From assembly GCF_988243305.1 (NCBI RefSeq), contig NZ_OZ547136.1: a DNA stretch of 64,000 nucleotides, one strand, 5' to 3'. Shown here one piece after another: positions 43,949-56,956 of the stretch; position 1 is the first letter of the stretch, and each line of letters starts with the position of its first letter. Under the pieces are notes generated by a model. The model did not search any database and was not told the origin of the DNA. It was given only the letters and a program-made list of their open reading frames with translations. A program made the translations under genes and the position numbers.

Positions 43949-44835
43949 CTACACTTTAGCCAGCCCATGTTTTCCACCGGGAAATGGGCTGACGGTATCC
44001 ATAAAGTGACGAACCTTTTTCAACAACTGCCACATTGAACGGCACTGGTGATTTCGGGTTACTGTCTCATGAAGCGCCTGCCATAACCGTTCGATATGAT
44101 TGACCCACGGCGAGTAAACCGGCTGATAAATTATCCTGAACTTCGAGTTTGCTTTCAGCCAGCGCAACGTTTCACGGCTTTTGTGGATGATGTAGTTATC
44201 GACAATGAGTGTAATCGTTTTTGCCCGCCGGTATGTCGCTTTCAGGTGTTTTAACAGACTGATAAATAAGGACGAACCTTTACTGTTCCCACCAACGTAG
44301 CTGACTTTTCCCGTACCGCTGTGCAGCGCACCGGCAAGATAGTACTTTTCATTCTGACCCGGCGTGACAACGCGCTTTTGCTGCCCACGTAGCTGCCAGC
44401 CTGCACCAATTTTGGGATTGAGGTGAATATCCACTTCATCTTCGTAAAACACGGGGTTTTCCGCACAGCATTTCGCCAGTGCTTCATGAATAGCGACCAT
44501 TTTTTCTTCTTTGTGTGGGTCACGGATACGCAGTGTCGGCGCAGTTCTCCGCCATACCAGTCCGGCAGCAGGCAACCAGCGGCATATACACTCGGCAGGT
44601 AATGATTTGTCCATTAACACCCGACTGCGTGAACCAGTTAATCCAGGGTCCAACATAGGAACGGACTCAGCAGAGCATTCTAGCAACATCGCTGACACGG
44701 TGGAGCCATTGCAGTATCACCATAGCAGTCAGTCTGCGGGCATAATTTTTATCGTGTGTTTTGTGGATAGCTTTCTGTATCAGGTGTCGTTCGTTACAGG
44801 GAATTGGCTCTATGATTGGCATAGTTCAGTCCGGT
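43949..44835 (-). pseudogene. IS630-family transposase, decayed (frameshift and internal deletion)
   Basis: N-terminal MPIIEPIPCNERHLIQKAIHKTHDKNYARRL… in one frame, DDE part (…TITLIVDNYIIHKS…) in another, about 150 bp missing. Confidence 0.75.
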
Positions 44836-47179
44836 TGGTGATTTGTTTTAATTTGTCGATTGAACAAACGCACAATCCGGGCTGAGTTCCCTCAAAGTGA
44901 TCTACTATTCCGTGCAGCTATTTAGATCAAGGCTAAGGCAGGAATTTTATGTAATTAATGCTAGAGGTAAACGTTGTGGGTAAATGGTTTGCATGGTTAA
45001 TATTTAACCATAAGGAATAAGAGGTATTGCAGAATTAATTCCGTATAGTTATTCTTCTTGTAAGAAGATTTTTGGGTGCTAGTGATAAATTACAGAGCCT
45101 ATAGAAATGTAAAGTAACAAATCACAGAATAAGGATACAATAGCATAATTTATTGTCACACAAAGCCCCAAGACATTCTGTAATAAAAGGAATTTCCATA
45201 AGAAGAACCATTGACAATAATATGAGCACCACCATTGTAGAGATATTTATTTATGACTGAAAAGGAACTCCAAAATTTGGCTATTTCTATATATGAAAGG
45301 CAACGAGAGAAGTTATCACGTGAGACAGAGTGTAATAAATCTACCTCAATAAGATTTGCCCTAGAAGATTTCCTAAAGAATGCTCCGAAACGTATGCGAT
45401 CTGCGCGTGCTCGCCCCCCAGGGTAATAAATGTCGCAAACTCTGATAATATTTTTATGAAAACAAGCATATTTACAAACGTAAACTAATGATTCTAATTT
45501 GACAGAATATAAACTATAAGTATTAATAAATACCATACGGAGCAGAAAAAAATATCAAAATGAGTTAATTTGATTAGAAAGATTTATCCCATTTATAAAG
45601 ATAATTGTAGAAAGATTCATTGACTCTAAGAGCAAATAAGGAGAGGGCATACAGGATATAACTAGTACTCATAATAAAAATCCCTCTACCGATATAAGTA
45701 AAATTTATTTCCCAGACGAGTTTTTAATAATACATATCAGAAACAGTGCTAAACGATGGGCCGTAATCCTCATGAATAGTAACTCATGGTTATTTTACAC
45801 TGGATTATCGGTGGGGTAATTCTGATAATAGAAACACCTGAAAAACTAAAATCATTAATTTTAAAATACAACCATATACTCATCAAACTCTCGATACACC
45901 ATTCTTCTTTTAAAGTAAAGAAAAACTCTATCTGTGCTTATGTTCCACAACATAAATAGAATAAAAAAATTAAGGATTTATATATTAAGAGTGAATTTAC
46001 ATTTTAGGCTAACTTTAGTACATATTAATTATTGTTTCTTATTAATTTTAAACTTCAAAAGCTATATCAAGGGTTGCCACTTCTATCTGCGACTAACAGC
46101 ATATCTATCAGCAACAATTGATTAATTCCAGCACCTCATGTCGGCGCGATCTGGTGGAAAAGCCATTCCACCAAAACAACCCCAAGCGCTGGCACGTTGG
46201 GGAGATCTGCACTGTGAACCAGCTGGCAATGAGCCGCTTTATTATCGAGTTCGGTGACCGCCTAGACGGTCACTTCTGAGAAAAGGCATTTACACAGAAT
46301 CCTAAACCGGCTCGCAGGTTTCCCCCACTCCCCATCCGCACTCAAGTTCAGACGGCGAATAACATAGCTAATCAGCTCATTACGGAATGACTACCATCCA
46401 GATAGTGTGCCGCAGTTTAAGGTTCGGTCAACCGCTTTTTAACCATTCAGCATTGCCTACAATACAAATAAGGAGCCTTATATTATGCCTAATCTCTGTA
46501 TGCTGCATAGTGCCGGGTGCCTCCCGGTGAGTCCAGCCTGGTGTCTCTGAACCCGCATAGAAAGGATTAGGGTAATATAAAAACAAACACCTGTTACTGA
46601 TATGCTCCGCCGCTTAGGGGAGTTCACCATACATTTTTATTTTTAACAAAAAAGCTCAAGGCGACAATAATAAATACTATAAAATGTGAGCAGCATAACA
46701 TTTTAACTTAGTAACTAATATTCACTAAACTTACCAATTCACATACGCCCCACGGCATGGCAAAGCTTCGTTACGTTAGTTTATACCACATAGGTATTAT
46801 TACCAAACTAAATAATCACTTTACGCTCTGTATTTTGCCTGTTTTCACTGCGGTTTTTCTCAATACCCCGTCCAGAATAACGTTAACACATTATTAACTT
46901 AAATCCGGAGAACATGATGATGACTGGATTCAAACACACTTAACATGAATATCCTCTATCCATTAAAATAACTGTCATTGAGCCGGTTGAAAAAACGAGA
47001 TGAACTATAAACAGATCTAGCAGTGGCATGGCTGGCGAATGGCGTTATCAATCCACTGCCTTTACTGAGTGCTGAATATCCCTTCACTGACCTGGAAGAG
47101 GTGCTACGTTTCGCCGGTGATAAAACCCAGGCATCAAAAGTCCAGCTTGTTTTCTTAGAGATAAATAAAGGAATAATAC

Positions 47180-47863
47180 AATGAACAAGCAATTTTCACT
47201 GGCAGAAAAAATATCTTGATTACCGGATCAGCACAGGGCATTGGCTTTTTACTGGCAACCGGTCTGGGTAAATATGGCGCACAAATAATTATTAATAATA
47301 TTACTGCCGAACGCGCATAACTTGCTGTAGAAAAACTCCACCAGGTGGGTATTCAGGCCGTTGCCGCACCTTTTAATGTTACTCATAAACATGAAATTGA
47401 TGCCGCCGTTGAACATATCGAAAAGGACATCGGCCCCATTGATGTGCTGGTGAATAACGCCGGTATCCAGCGCCGTCATCCTTTTACTGAGTTCCCTGAA
47501 CAAGAGTGGAATGATGTGATCGCAGTAAACCAGACCGCCGTGTTCCTGGTGTCGCAAGCGGTAACCCGTCACATGGTTGAACGCAAGGCAGGTAAAGTTA
47601 TTAATATTTGCTCGATGCAAAGCGAACTGGGACGTGGCACCATCACCCCTTATGCCGCATCGAAAGGGGCGGTAAAAATGCTCACCCGCGGCATGTGCGT
47701 CGAGCTGGCGTGCCACAATATTCAGGTCAACGGTATTGCGCCGGGCTATTTCAAAACAGAAATGACTAAAGCACTGGTTGAGGACGAAGCCTTCACCGCC
47801 TGGTTGTGCAAGAACAAATTTCCATTGCGGGTTTTTATGGGCTGGAGATTGGCAGGCAAATGA
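47180..47863 (+). pseudogene. idnO: Gluconate 5-dehydrogenase idnO pseudogene (frameshift, in-frame stop, 3' truncation)
   Basis: MNKQFSLAEK… then frameshift; …ITGSAQGIGFLLATGLGKYGAQII… and a 172-aa ORF match IdnO; C-terminus diverges. Confidence 0.8.
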
Positions 47864-47865
47864 TC

Positions 47866-48003
47866 CCAAGCCTCGCCAGCGTAATTACTCCCCGTTTTGA
47901 TATTGGTCGGATGGCCGCCCAAATGTTGCTGAGCAAAATTAAGAATAACGATCACAACACTGTTGACCTCGGGTATCAGATTTATCACTGTAACACGCTT
48001 TAG
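47866..48003 (+). pseudogene. LacI-family regulator 3' fragment (possibly idnR)
   Basis: …SLASVITPRFDIGRMAAQMLL… is a LacI-type C-terminal signature; follows idnO as in the idnDOTR operon. Confidence 0.45.
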
Positions 48004-48745
48004 GTTATTTTCTCTTCATTACACGTATTCTCTTTGCCGGACGTTGCCTATACTCCAAGCAGGAAACTGGAGGAAATCTCATGAGCGCCTCCCTGTTAAT
48101 TGCCCGCATGCCAATACGGTGGGGTGGGATATCTTTGGCGAGAAAGGCCATCCGGTGCGGGCAACGGTTTCAGACCTAGGGCCACTGTTGCTGGCGTGGC
48201 TGTTGAATCTCAACGATGTGCAGTCTGGCGTGCTGGATATCATTTTCCGCATTGCTGATGATCAGGGATTGTTGCTGCTCGACTTTAAAGATCTGCGGGC
48301 AATTACCCAGTACATCGGCGATAACGCCAAATCCTTCCAGAATCAGTACGGTAATATCAGTAGCGCATCGGTTGGTGCCATCCCGCGCGGATTACTGTCG
48401 CTGGAGCAACAAGGCGCAGAGCATTTCTTTGGCGAGCCGATGCTGGATATCAAAGACTGGATGCGCACCGATACCAACGGTAAAGGCGTTATTAATATCC
48501 TCAGCGCCGAGAAGCTTTATCAGATGCCGAAACTGTATGCAGCCAGTCTGCTGTGGATGCTCTCGGAGCTGTATGAACAATTGCCGGAAGCGGGCGATCT
48601 GGAGAAACCAAAACTGGTGTTTTTCTTCGACGAAGCGCATCTGCTGTTTAACGATGCAGCACTGGTACTGCTGGATAAGATTGAGCAGGTGATAAGGCTT
48701 ATTCGCTCAAAAGGCGTTGTCGTCAGAACGGCTTCCCCTGTGTGA
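47990..48745 (+). pseudogene. yjgR: yjgR internal fragment (DUF853 ATPase)
   Basis: …[26 protein letters not shown]…[18 protein letters not shown]… matches the middle of YjgR; both ends missing. Confidence 0.7.
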
Positions 48746-49263
48746 CAAAGCCATAGCTCAGGTGCGTGCGGTCCGCACGGCGCGGAGCCTGAGGGCTTCA
48801 CGGCGGAGGATATGCGGACCATCGGGCGCTACCTGCACTGCGAGGCGAATTGGAACATCGACTCGGACTTGAGCCTGTGAGGGGGGCCGTCCTCGGGAGA
48901 AGTTTTTCTGCGAAATAACTATGCGCCGACGGACGAACACTCGTTCGTGTGGCCTATGGCCCAGGGCAAAGGCTGGGGGGCCCCTATTAAGTTGTCAAGA
49001 ATGTTTATTACACCAGCGGGGTATAAAAAGTACCGTCACGCATCATGGCGAATAGAACGTCGCAGCGCCTTGTTCACAGTGTTTTCACTCGTGGTTATCT
49101 GTACCCGTGAATATCAGACCATTGTCACCAGCCCATGCCTGTAATTCTGTCAGAATGGCTACAGCCTGTTTGTTGGGTGGTACAAGATGCAGTGCCCTCT
49201 GGTTCCCTCTGATGAGAGTCCTGGCGGGGTGAACAAATAAAAAAGAAAACATAAATAAAACCA

Positions 49264-49292
49264 TCCGGCTTTTGGGGCCGGATGGTTATTCA
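49264..49292 (-). terminator. Rho-independent terminator downstream of the integrase gene
   Basis: AACCATCCGGC-N7-GCCGGATGGTT hairpin followed by a T-rich run on the minus strand. Confidence 0.6.
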
Positions 49293-49321
49293 TTATTTCT
49301 GTGTCACTGAATTTTCATTCA

Positions 49322-50503
49322 TCAGGTCTGCTCAGAAAGTGAATCAATGTAGTCAGCGTACCATTGCATCATTTCACGGCGACCATCGAGATACTGTGCG
49401 TGGTTATAGGTACCGCGCATGATGTTTTTATCAACATGGGCAAGCTGGAGTTCAATCCAGGCAGAGCTGAAATCATGGTCATGGAGAATGGTACTGAAAG
49501 TATGCCGAAAACCATGAGCTGTAGTGAATGTATGCCAGCCAACTTGTTGAAGAAACTCATTGATGCAACCACGGCTACGAGGTTGATTACCCCTGTATAC
49601 ACCAGGAATAACCAGATCTGAGTTACGGGGATTTGTGATTATTTTTATATCTTTCAATAACATTTGAGCCTGATGAGAAAGAGGAACAACATGCGGCCTC
49701 CGCATTTTCATTCTCTCTTTTGGGATTACCCAGAGGGCATTGGTAAAATCAATTTCATCCCAAGTAGCCAGGCGTAATTCTCCCGTTCGAACAGCAGTCA
49801 GAACCAGTATCCGCGTTACCAGAGACATAAAATTTCCTGAAACTTTCATTTGGTACATGAAAGCTCCTAACTGTTCTTCAGATAGCATCCGTCTCTGCTG
49901 TTTTTCAGGATGCAGAACAACACTGCTGAGAGTCGATGCTGGGTTAATAGTGGCGCGCCCCGTCGCAATGGCATAATCAAATATTTGAGAACAGAGCTGA
50001 CGAGTCTTACGTAACGCTTCAAGTTTGCCATTCCTTTCAATAACCCTCAGTGCATTCAATATTTCCAAGGGGCGAATATCAGCCACAGGACGCTTCCCTA
50101 GCGTGGGATTAATATGATTCTCGAATCTTGCACGCTGGTCCGCTAAATAACCCGCAGTCCAACGACAAGCCATATGTGTGAACAACTCTTCTGCAAGAGT
50201 ACAAAATGTGCATGCAATACTTTCTCTTAGTGCATGTTTACTCGCCTGTTTTTCATATGAAGGATCTTTTCCTTCAGCCAGGAGTTTACGTGCGTCATCC
50301 CGTTTCTGACGCGCCAGAGCCAGTGATATGCCTGGATAGACACCAATCACCAATTTCTTTTCTTTACCCGCAAATCGATACTTCAGATTCCAGTAACGAG
50401 CGCCAGATTTCTTGATAAGAAGGTAAAGTCCTTGACCATCAGAAAGTTTGTAATCCTTGTCAGCGGGTTTGGCCGACTCAATTTGTCGAACAGTAAGTGG
50501 CAT
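49322..50503 (-). CDS. int: Tyrosine integrase, P4-type
   Basis: 393 aa; N-terminal …KLSDGQGLYLLIKKSGARYWNLKYRFAGKEK… and C-terminal HGFRHTF…LAHVD…Y catalytic signature; 177 bp from the right junction. Confidence 0.9.
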   Translation of the reverse strand: MPLTVRQIESAKPADKDYKLSDGQGLYLLIKKSGARYWNLKYRFAGKEKKLVIGVYPGISLALARQKRDDARKLLAEGKDPSYEKQASKHALRESIACTFCTLAEELFTHMACRWTAGYLADQRARFENHINPTLGKRPVADIRPLEILNALRVIERNGKLEALRKTRQLCSQIFDYAIATGRATINPASTLSSVVLHPEKQQRRMLSEEQLGAFMYQMKVSGNFMSLVTRILVLTAVRTGELRLATWDEIDFTNALWVIPKERMKMRRPHVVPLSHQAQMLLKDIKIITNPRNSDLVIPGVYRGNQPRSRGCINEFLQQVGWHTFTTAHGFRHTFSTILHDHDFSSAWIELQLAHVDKNIMRGTYNHAQYLDGRREMMQWYADYIDSLSEQT

Positions 50504-50521
50504 GATGTTAACTCCGAAAAG

Positions 50522-50542
50522 TAGCCCCCAGAGTAGCCCCCA
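50522..50542. repeat. TAGCCCCCA x2 direct repeats just upstream of the integrase start (candidate arm sites or operator)
   Basis: Same motif and orientation as the pair at 647..669 at the other island end. Confidence 0.45.
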
Positions 50543-50680
50543 AAATCATCTTGATGCTCATGGAAGATGGTTTACATCCAGAGTAAAAGAATTTCTGATA
50601 ATACCTTATTTTAACGTGTGTTAAAGGGGATGAAGAGAGTTCTGTTGAAATCAGTCGAAATAAATAGGGCTTAATAAATC

Positions 50681-50694
50681 CTCCCCGCCGGGGA
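50681..50694. repeat. 14-bp direct repeat CTCCCCGCCGGGGA, right island junction (att core)
   Basis: Identical to 576..589. Confidence 0.75.
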
Positions 50695-51493
50695 GTGCTG
50701 GCTGGAACGCCTGCGACTGGCAAAAACGTTGGGCTTCGATTTTGTCGAGATGTCGGTAGATGAAACTGACGAGCGCCTGTCGCGCCTCGACTGGAGCCGC
50801 GAGCAGCGTCTGGCGCTGGTGAATGCGATTGTTGAAACCGGCGTGCGTGTGCCGTCCATGTGCCTTTCTGCCCATCGTCGTTTTCCGTTGGGCAGCGAAG
50901 ATGACGCGGTGCGGGCGCAGGGGCTGGAGATTATGCATAAAGCCATCCAGTTCGCCCAGGACGTTGGCATTCGCGTGATCCAGCTGGCGGGCTATGACGT
51001 TTACTATCAGGAAGTCAATAACGAAACGCGTCGTCGTTTCCGTGACGGCCTGAAAGAGAGCGTTGAGATGGCAAGCCGCGCGCAGGTGACGCTGGCGATG
51101 GAGATCATGGATTATCCGTTGATGAACTCCATCAGCAAGGCGCTGGGTTACGCGCACTATCTCAACAACCCGTGGTTCCAGCTCTACCCGGATATCGGCA
51201 ACCTGTCGGCGTGGGACAACGATGTGCAGATGGAGTTGCAGGCCGGAATCGGGCATATCGTCGCGGTACATGTGAAAGACACCAAACCTGGCGTCTTCAA
51301 AAACGTGCCGTTTGGCGAAGGTGTAGTGGATTTCGAACGTTGTTTCGAAACGCTCAAACAGAGTGGCTATTGCGGGCCGTACCTGATTGAGATGTGGAGC
51401 GAAACGGCGGAAGACCCGGCGGCAGAAGTGGCGAAAGCGCGTGATTGGGTGAAAGCGCGCATGGCGAAAGCGGGCATGGTGGAGGCGGCATAA
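50681..51493 (+). pseudogene. ulaE: ulaE 3' portion (L-ribulose-5-phosphate 3-epimerase lacking its first about 14 codons)
   Basis: Resumes …[24 protein letters not shown]…; in-frame stop immediately upstream in island sequence; first Met at 50729. Confidence 0.85.
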
Positions 51494-52179
51494 TGCAAAA
51501 GCTAAAACAGCAGGTATTTGAAGCCAACATGGAGCTGCCGCGCTACGGGCTGGTGACCTTTACCTGGGGCAACGTCAGCGCTATCGACCGCGAACGCGGG
51601 CTGGTGGTGATCAAGCCCAGCGGCGTTGCCTACGAAACCATGAAAGCGGCCGATATGGTGGTGGTTGATATGAGCGGCAAGGTGGTGGAAGGGGAGTATC
51701 GCCCATCTTCCGACACTGCGACGCATCTCGAACTCTACCGTCGTTACCCGTCGCTTGGCGGCATTGTCCATACCCACTCCACTCATGCCACCGCATGGGC
51801 GCAGGCGGGGCTGGCAATTCCGGCGCTAGGCACCACGCACGCCGACTACTTCTTTGGCGATATCCCGTGCACGCGCGGATTAAGCGAAGAAGAGGTGCAG
51901 GGCGAGTATGAACTGAACACCGGCGAAGTGATTATCGAAACGCTGGGTGACGCCGAGCCGCTGCATACGCCGGGGATTGTGGTGTATCAGCACGGGCCGT
52001 TCGCCTGGGGGAAAGATGCTCACGATGCGGTGCATAACGCGGTAGTGATGGAAGAAGTGGCGAAAATGGCGTGGATTGCGCGCAGTATTAACCCACAACT
52101 GAATCACATCGACAGCTTCCTCATGAATAAACACTTCATGCGTAAGCACGGTCCTAACGCTTATTACGGGCAGAAGTAA
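51493..52179 (+). CDS. ulaF: L-ribulose-5-phosphate 4-epimerase UlaF
   Basis: [45 protein letters not shown]… class II aldolase-type epimerase; start overlaps ulaE stop. Confidence 0.9.
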   Translation: MQKLKQQVFEANMELPRYGLVTFTWGNVSAIDRERGLVVIKPSGVAYETMKAADMVVVDMSGKVVEGEYRPSSDTATHLELYRRYPSLGGIVHTHSTHATAWAQAGLAIPALGTTHADYFFGDIPCTRGLSEEEVQGEYELNTGEVIIETLGDAEPLHTPGIVVYQHGPFAWGKDAHDAVHNAVVMEEVAKMAWIARSINPQLNHIDSFLMNKHFMRKHGPNAYYGQK

Positions 52180-52248
52180 AACACGCGCTGCGGAAATTTC
52201 CTTCTTCGGGAGATAACTGGTCTAATTCCGCAGCCGTTTTTCAAAAAA

Positions 52249-52268
52249 AGCCCCCTGCGAAGGGGGCA
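52249..52268 (-). terminator. Intergenic hairpin terminator between ulaF and yjfY
   Basis: GCCCCCT-GCGAA-GGGGGC with a T-run on the minus strand. Confidence 0.5.
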
Positions 52269-52307
52269 AAGCAAACTATGGCAATGTTTCGTTGGTTATA
52301 CCTGGTG

Positions 52308-52583
52308 CTAGCGATAAATATCCGCGCTGGCGTGCATATTGCCGTTACTCCCCGGTTCCCGCATCAGAATTACGTGGTAGTACGTTGCGCCCTGCGCATC
52401 TGTTTCTTCATTTAATGCCTGACGTGCTTCACTTTCAGTGGCGAAATTATGATTGATATAAATCACGCCTAAGCTTTGCATATCGTCCATATTTCTGGCC
52501 TGGTGGTTATTGATTTCAATGGCTGCCCATGTATTTGCACTTAGCAAAAGCACAGCCAGAAGGGCTAAAACTCGACTGAACAT
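52308..52583 (-). CDS. yjfY: YjfY (DUF1471 periplasmic protein)
   Basis: Signal peptide MFSRVLALLAVLLLSANTWA; conserved position before rpsF. Confidence 0.8.
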   Translation of the reverse strand: MFSRVLALLAVLLLSANTWAAIEINNHQARNMDDMQSLGVIYINHNFATESEARQALNEETDAQGATYYHVILMREPGSNGNMHASADIYR

Positions 52584-52891
52584 AGATACCTCCTCGACGG
52601 CTGACTTTGTGTGCTCTCCTCTGTGATGATCTTCTGATTTAATTTTAATCAATGATAAAGAAGTTGATGGTGACCATTTCTGATGCAGTTGTTCAAAAAA
52701 ACACCATGATGAAGTGTGATGAACTCCAAATCAGCGGTTTAGAGGTTAATTGCGAAAGGGGAGATTTATTTCGGCTCTGCCCTTGAGTTTAGCGGGGCAT
52801 ACAAGTACTATAACGCGTCATTTTTCAGCCGACCTTTAACACGTTCCTTGCCTCCCCGGGATTCGGCTGACCCAGACAGGAGGCTGAATAA

Positions 52892-53305
<414 letters not shown>

Positions 53306-53311
53306 TTTCTG

Positions 53312-53858
<547 letters not shown>

Positions 53859-53887
53859 TCGGTCACGGTCCATTAATACGACTTTGA

Positions 53888-54349
<462 letters not shown>

Positions 54350-54370
54350 TTCGTTATTCAACGAGACGTA

Positions 54371-54397
54371 AAAACGCCGACCATTGGTCGGCGTTTT
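54371..54397 (+). terminator. rplI rho-independent terminator
   Basis: AAAACGCCGACC-ATT-GGTCGGCGTTTT perfect hairpin followed by a T-run. Confidence 0.8.
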
Positions 54398-54450
54398 GCT
54401 TTATAGCGAAAGCGTTACAACTGGTAGTATAACGCTCTGATATCTATTAA

Positions 54451-55267
54451 TTAGCTTGTCGCTAACTGTACTTGCGGTTCTTCATCTTTAACTTTGATAA
54501 GCGTCCACAGCGCAATGGCGCCAATAATGTCAAAGAAAGCCAGGGCAATAAAGAACGGCGCGAAGCCGATAATGTGAACGAATGCCCCGATAAACAGGTT
54601 GAAAATCAACTGACCGCTCCACGCACAGGCTCCTGCCATACCCACTGCGGTAGCTACTTCGTCTTTTTTGAACAGATCGCCACCCAGAGTTGCTGCTACA
54701 GTAGAAAGACATTGATGCGAGAACGCGCCAATACTAATCAGTAATACGGCAATGTAGGGATTTTCGACAATACTCACCAGGCCAATCGTCATCATAATGA
54801 CGGCTGCAATAGTGAAGGTAATTCTTCGTGAGTTAATTAAACTCACGCCGCGATCGTGGAAGAACTTCGCGACAAAACCACTGGCTAAACAGCCGAGATC
54901 GCCCAGCAGGAAAGGCAGCCAGACGAACATGGCAATTTCTTTCAGGCTAAAATGCAGCGTTTCGACGAAGAAAATCGGCACCCAGAAGTTAATGGTTCCC
55001 CATGCCGGGTCTGCGAGAAAACGCGCGATGCCAATCCCCCAGAAATTACGTTGGCTGAGGATATGCTTGATTGACGTTTTTTCTTTCTTATCTGTTTTAA
55101 GATGCTGTTCTTGTCCTGATTCAATATAGTGGCGCTCTTCATCAGAAAGGCGTTTGGCATCTTTCGGATCTTTATAACAAAAGAACCAAAATAAAGCCGC
55201 GAGCAAAGCAAGGCTACCTGAAACAATAAACGCAAATTGCCAGCTATGAAACATAATGCACCAGGCA
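54451..55267 (-). pseudogene. MFS transporter gene, 5'-truncated by IS1 (C-terminal about 276 codons remain)
   Basis: ORF with multiple TM segments runs directly into the IS1 end at 55268 without a start codon. Confidence 0.7.
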
Positions 55268-55282
55268 GGTAATGACTCCAAC

Positions 55283-55786
55283 TTATTGATAGTGTTTTAT
55301 GTTCAGATAATGCCCGATGACTTTGTCATGCAGCTCCACCGATTTTGAGAACGACAGCGACTTCCGTCCCAGCCGTGCCAGGTGCTGCCTCAGATTCAGG
55401 TTATGCCGCTCAATTCGCTGCGTATATCGCTTGCTGATTACGTGCAGCTTTCCCTTCAGGCGGGATTCATACAGCGGCCAGCCATCCGTCATCCATATCA
55501 CCACGTCAAAGGGTGACAGCAGGCTCATAAGACGCCCCAGCGTCGCCATAGTGCGTTCACCGAATACGTGCGCAACAACCGTCTTCCGGAGACTGTCATA
55601 CGCGTAAAACAGCCAGCGCTGGCGCGATTTAGCCCCGACATAGCCCCACTGTTCGTCCATTTCCGCGCAGACGATGACGTCACTGCCCGGCTGTATGCGC
55701 GAGGTTACCGACTGCGGCCTGAGTTTTTTAAGTGACGTAAAATCGTGTTGAGGCCAACGCCCATAATGCGTGCAGTTGCCCGGCAT
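55283..55786 (-). CDS. insB: IS1 InsB
   Basis: One amino-acid difference from the first copy (…VIWMTDGW…). Confidence 0.9.
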
Positions 55787-55980
55787 CCAACGCCATTCAT
55801 GGCCATATCAATGATTTTCTGGTGCGTACCGGGTTGAGAAGCGGTGTAAGTGAACTGCAGTTGCCATGTTTTACGGCAGTGAGAGCAGAGATAGCGCTGA
55901 TGTCCGGCAGTGCTTTTGCCGTTACGCACCACCCCGTCAGTAGCTGAACAGGAGGGACAGCTGATAGAAACAGAAGCCAC
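55705..55980 (-). CDS. insA: IS1 InsA
   Basis: Identical to the InsA of the first copy. Confidence 0.9.
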
Positions 55981-56099
55981 TGGAGCACCTCAAAAACACC
56001 ATCATACACTAAATCAGTAAGTTGGCAGCATCACCCTGGAAGCCAGACGTAAGGTCATCAAAGAGACAATCCTTAGCTGGCTTTTGGTTGACCCTTCAT

Positions 56100-56738
56100 C
56101 TACCGCGCACGAATAAAACTGCCATCCGGCTGGCGGGTGAACAGGACCTGTTGATTATTCCCCGTATCAATGGTTAAGCCCGTCACCACGCCGCTGGCGT
56201 TCTGGCGGATTTTCACCATTTGCCCGTTTTGCAAATTACTCAGCGGCTTACCCGCGCCTTCTACCTGCGCCATTGCATAGACATCGGTAGCGGGCAGTCC
56301 GTGGTCGCGGAACAGCTGCGCCATCGTTTTACCGGGTTCGACACGGTAAGAGCGCCATTGATTATCAATTCCGCTATCTGGCTGGAATGGTTGTGTTTGG
56401 GTAGTTTGCGGCTGTTCTTCTGGCTGGCCTTCCTGTATAGGTTCTGGAGCGACCGGAGCCACCTGATCAGGATCATTTTGTGGTGTGACTAATTGCGCCC
56501 GCAGCTGTTCTTCTGTCGGCGGTTGTGATTGCGACTGAATATCTAACTGCGCTTCACGCGTCACCACCGGCGCGTTGGGCGTATCATCAGATGGAAGCAG
56601 AAATCCGACCACCAATATAATGGCGGCAATAATGATCCCCCGACGATGCATCGGCGGCAGCGGGTCCATGAAGCGAAAATTGTCCGGCGCGTGCCAGACT
56701 TTCTCCAGGGTTGGTTTTAGTTCAAAGCGCCCGGGCAT
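56100..56738 (-). CDS. ytfB: Cell-division protein YtfB (OapA/LysM-like)
   Basis: [33 protein letters not shown]… with Pro/Gln-rich linker; conserved position before fklB. Confidence 0.85.
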
Positions 56739-56956
56739 GGTTTCCTCCTGCTCCGCGTCTTGTTCCTCAATCATAGCCTATGAATAAGCTAACGCTATGA
56801 TGTCCGTGGTAAACCCGCCTTTATTATATTCATACGGGATATTGCTATTGTTTCTTTTTCCCCGGGATTTGTCATCATTCCTGCGACAAAGTTTTACCCA
56901 AAGAAGTGTGGCTGATATGCTGCCCGCTACTTTTATACCCTAAGAAAGGAAATACG

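Larger units (their letters stand above)
55268..56035 (-). mobile_element. IS1 insertion sequence, second copy (768 bp)
   Basis: Same terminal repeats and insA/insB as the copy at 6547..7315; same orientation; a few point differences. Confidence 0.95.

Noticed and set aside
47963-48062. N-terminal extension of the yjgR-fragment ORF ([13 protein letters not shown]…)
   Set aside because: This part is read-through of non-coding junction sequence; homology to YjgR begins only around 48080.
48745-49321. A tRNA gene as the integration target next to the integrase
   Set aside because: I saw no tRNA-like T-arm or acceptor sequence between the yjgR fragment and the integrase stop, nor at the left junction; the junctions fall inside the ulaE coding sequence. 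A formal tRNA scan was not possible.
50651-51271. 206-aa minus-strand ORF
   Set aside because: Antisense to ulaE, which is supported by strong identity to UlaE.
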